A program made the translations under genes and the position numbers. From Chiloscyllium plagiosum (Eukaryota): a stretch of DNA of 64,000 nt. The stretch is taken from positions 5,597,634 through 5,661,633 of the forward strand of contig NC_057749.1 in the NCBI RefSeq assembly GCF_004010195.1. Direction: 5' to 3'. Positions 63,921 through 64,000 of this stretch are shown piece after piece. Every line of letters begins with the position of its first letter. Positions within the stretch are counted from its first letter, which is position 1. Under the pieces are notes generated by a model. That model searched no databases. It saw nothing but the letters and a program-made list of their open reading frames with translations, and was not told the DNA's origin.

Positions 63921-64000
63921 TAAGCAGTGACCCTTTTTGCAAGGGGAGGAACTCTGAGCAATGTTCTCCAGACCCCATGGCTATTGACACCCACTGCATT

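Noticed and set aside
59700..64000. Further upstream DUOX exons (e.g. AG..GT segments near 63305-63357 and 63219-63228)
   Set aside because: No DUOX similarity and no convincing phase fit; the next exon is probably outside the window or too divergent to recognise

Overview
Vertebrate genomic DNA, most likely from a shark or other cartilaginous fish (inferred from HE1/V-SINE-like and CR1 repeats), with three assembly gaps (3381-3398, 5486-5717, 17833-18607). The only host protein-coding gene I can identify is the 3' part of a dual oxidase (DUOX) on the minus strand: 12 GT-AG exons between 59641 and 29287 that splice in frame into 579 complete codons plus TAA, covering the ferric-reductase transmembrane, FAD-binding and NADPH-binding domains. 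A second, unidentified minus-strand gene appears to start at a CpG island near 13.5-13.8 kb; only probable 5' UTR exons are visible. The rest is mostly transposon-derived: CR1 LINEs, a Rex1/Babar-like LINE, a Penelope-like RT fragment, V-SINEs, solo-LTR-like elements and minisatellites. Highlights: (1) at least four families of short, often palindromic Penelope-type insertions carrying minimal hammerhead-ribozyme motifs, two of the families with 12-15 bp target-site duplications (TSDs); (2) a promoter minisatellite whose unit combines a GC box, a Pbx/Pknox site and an RFX X-box; (3) a CR1 with a twin-priming-style 5' inversion whose 3' flank recurs next to another CR1 17 kb away; (4) several locally templated duplications.
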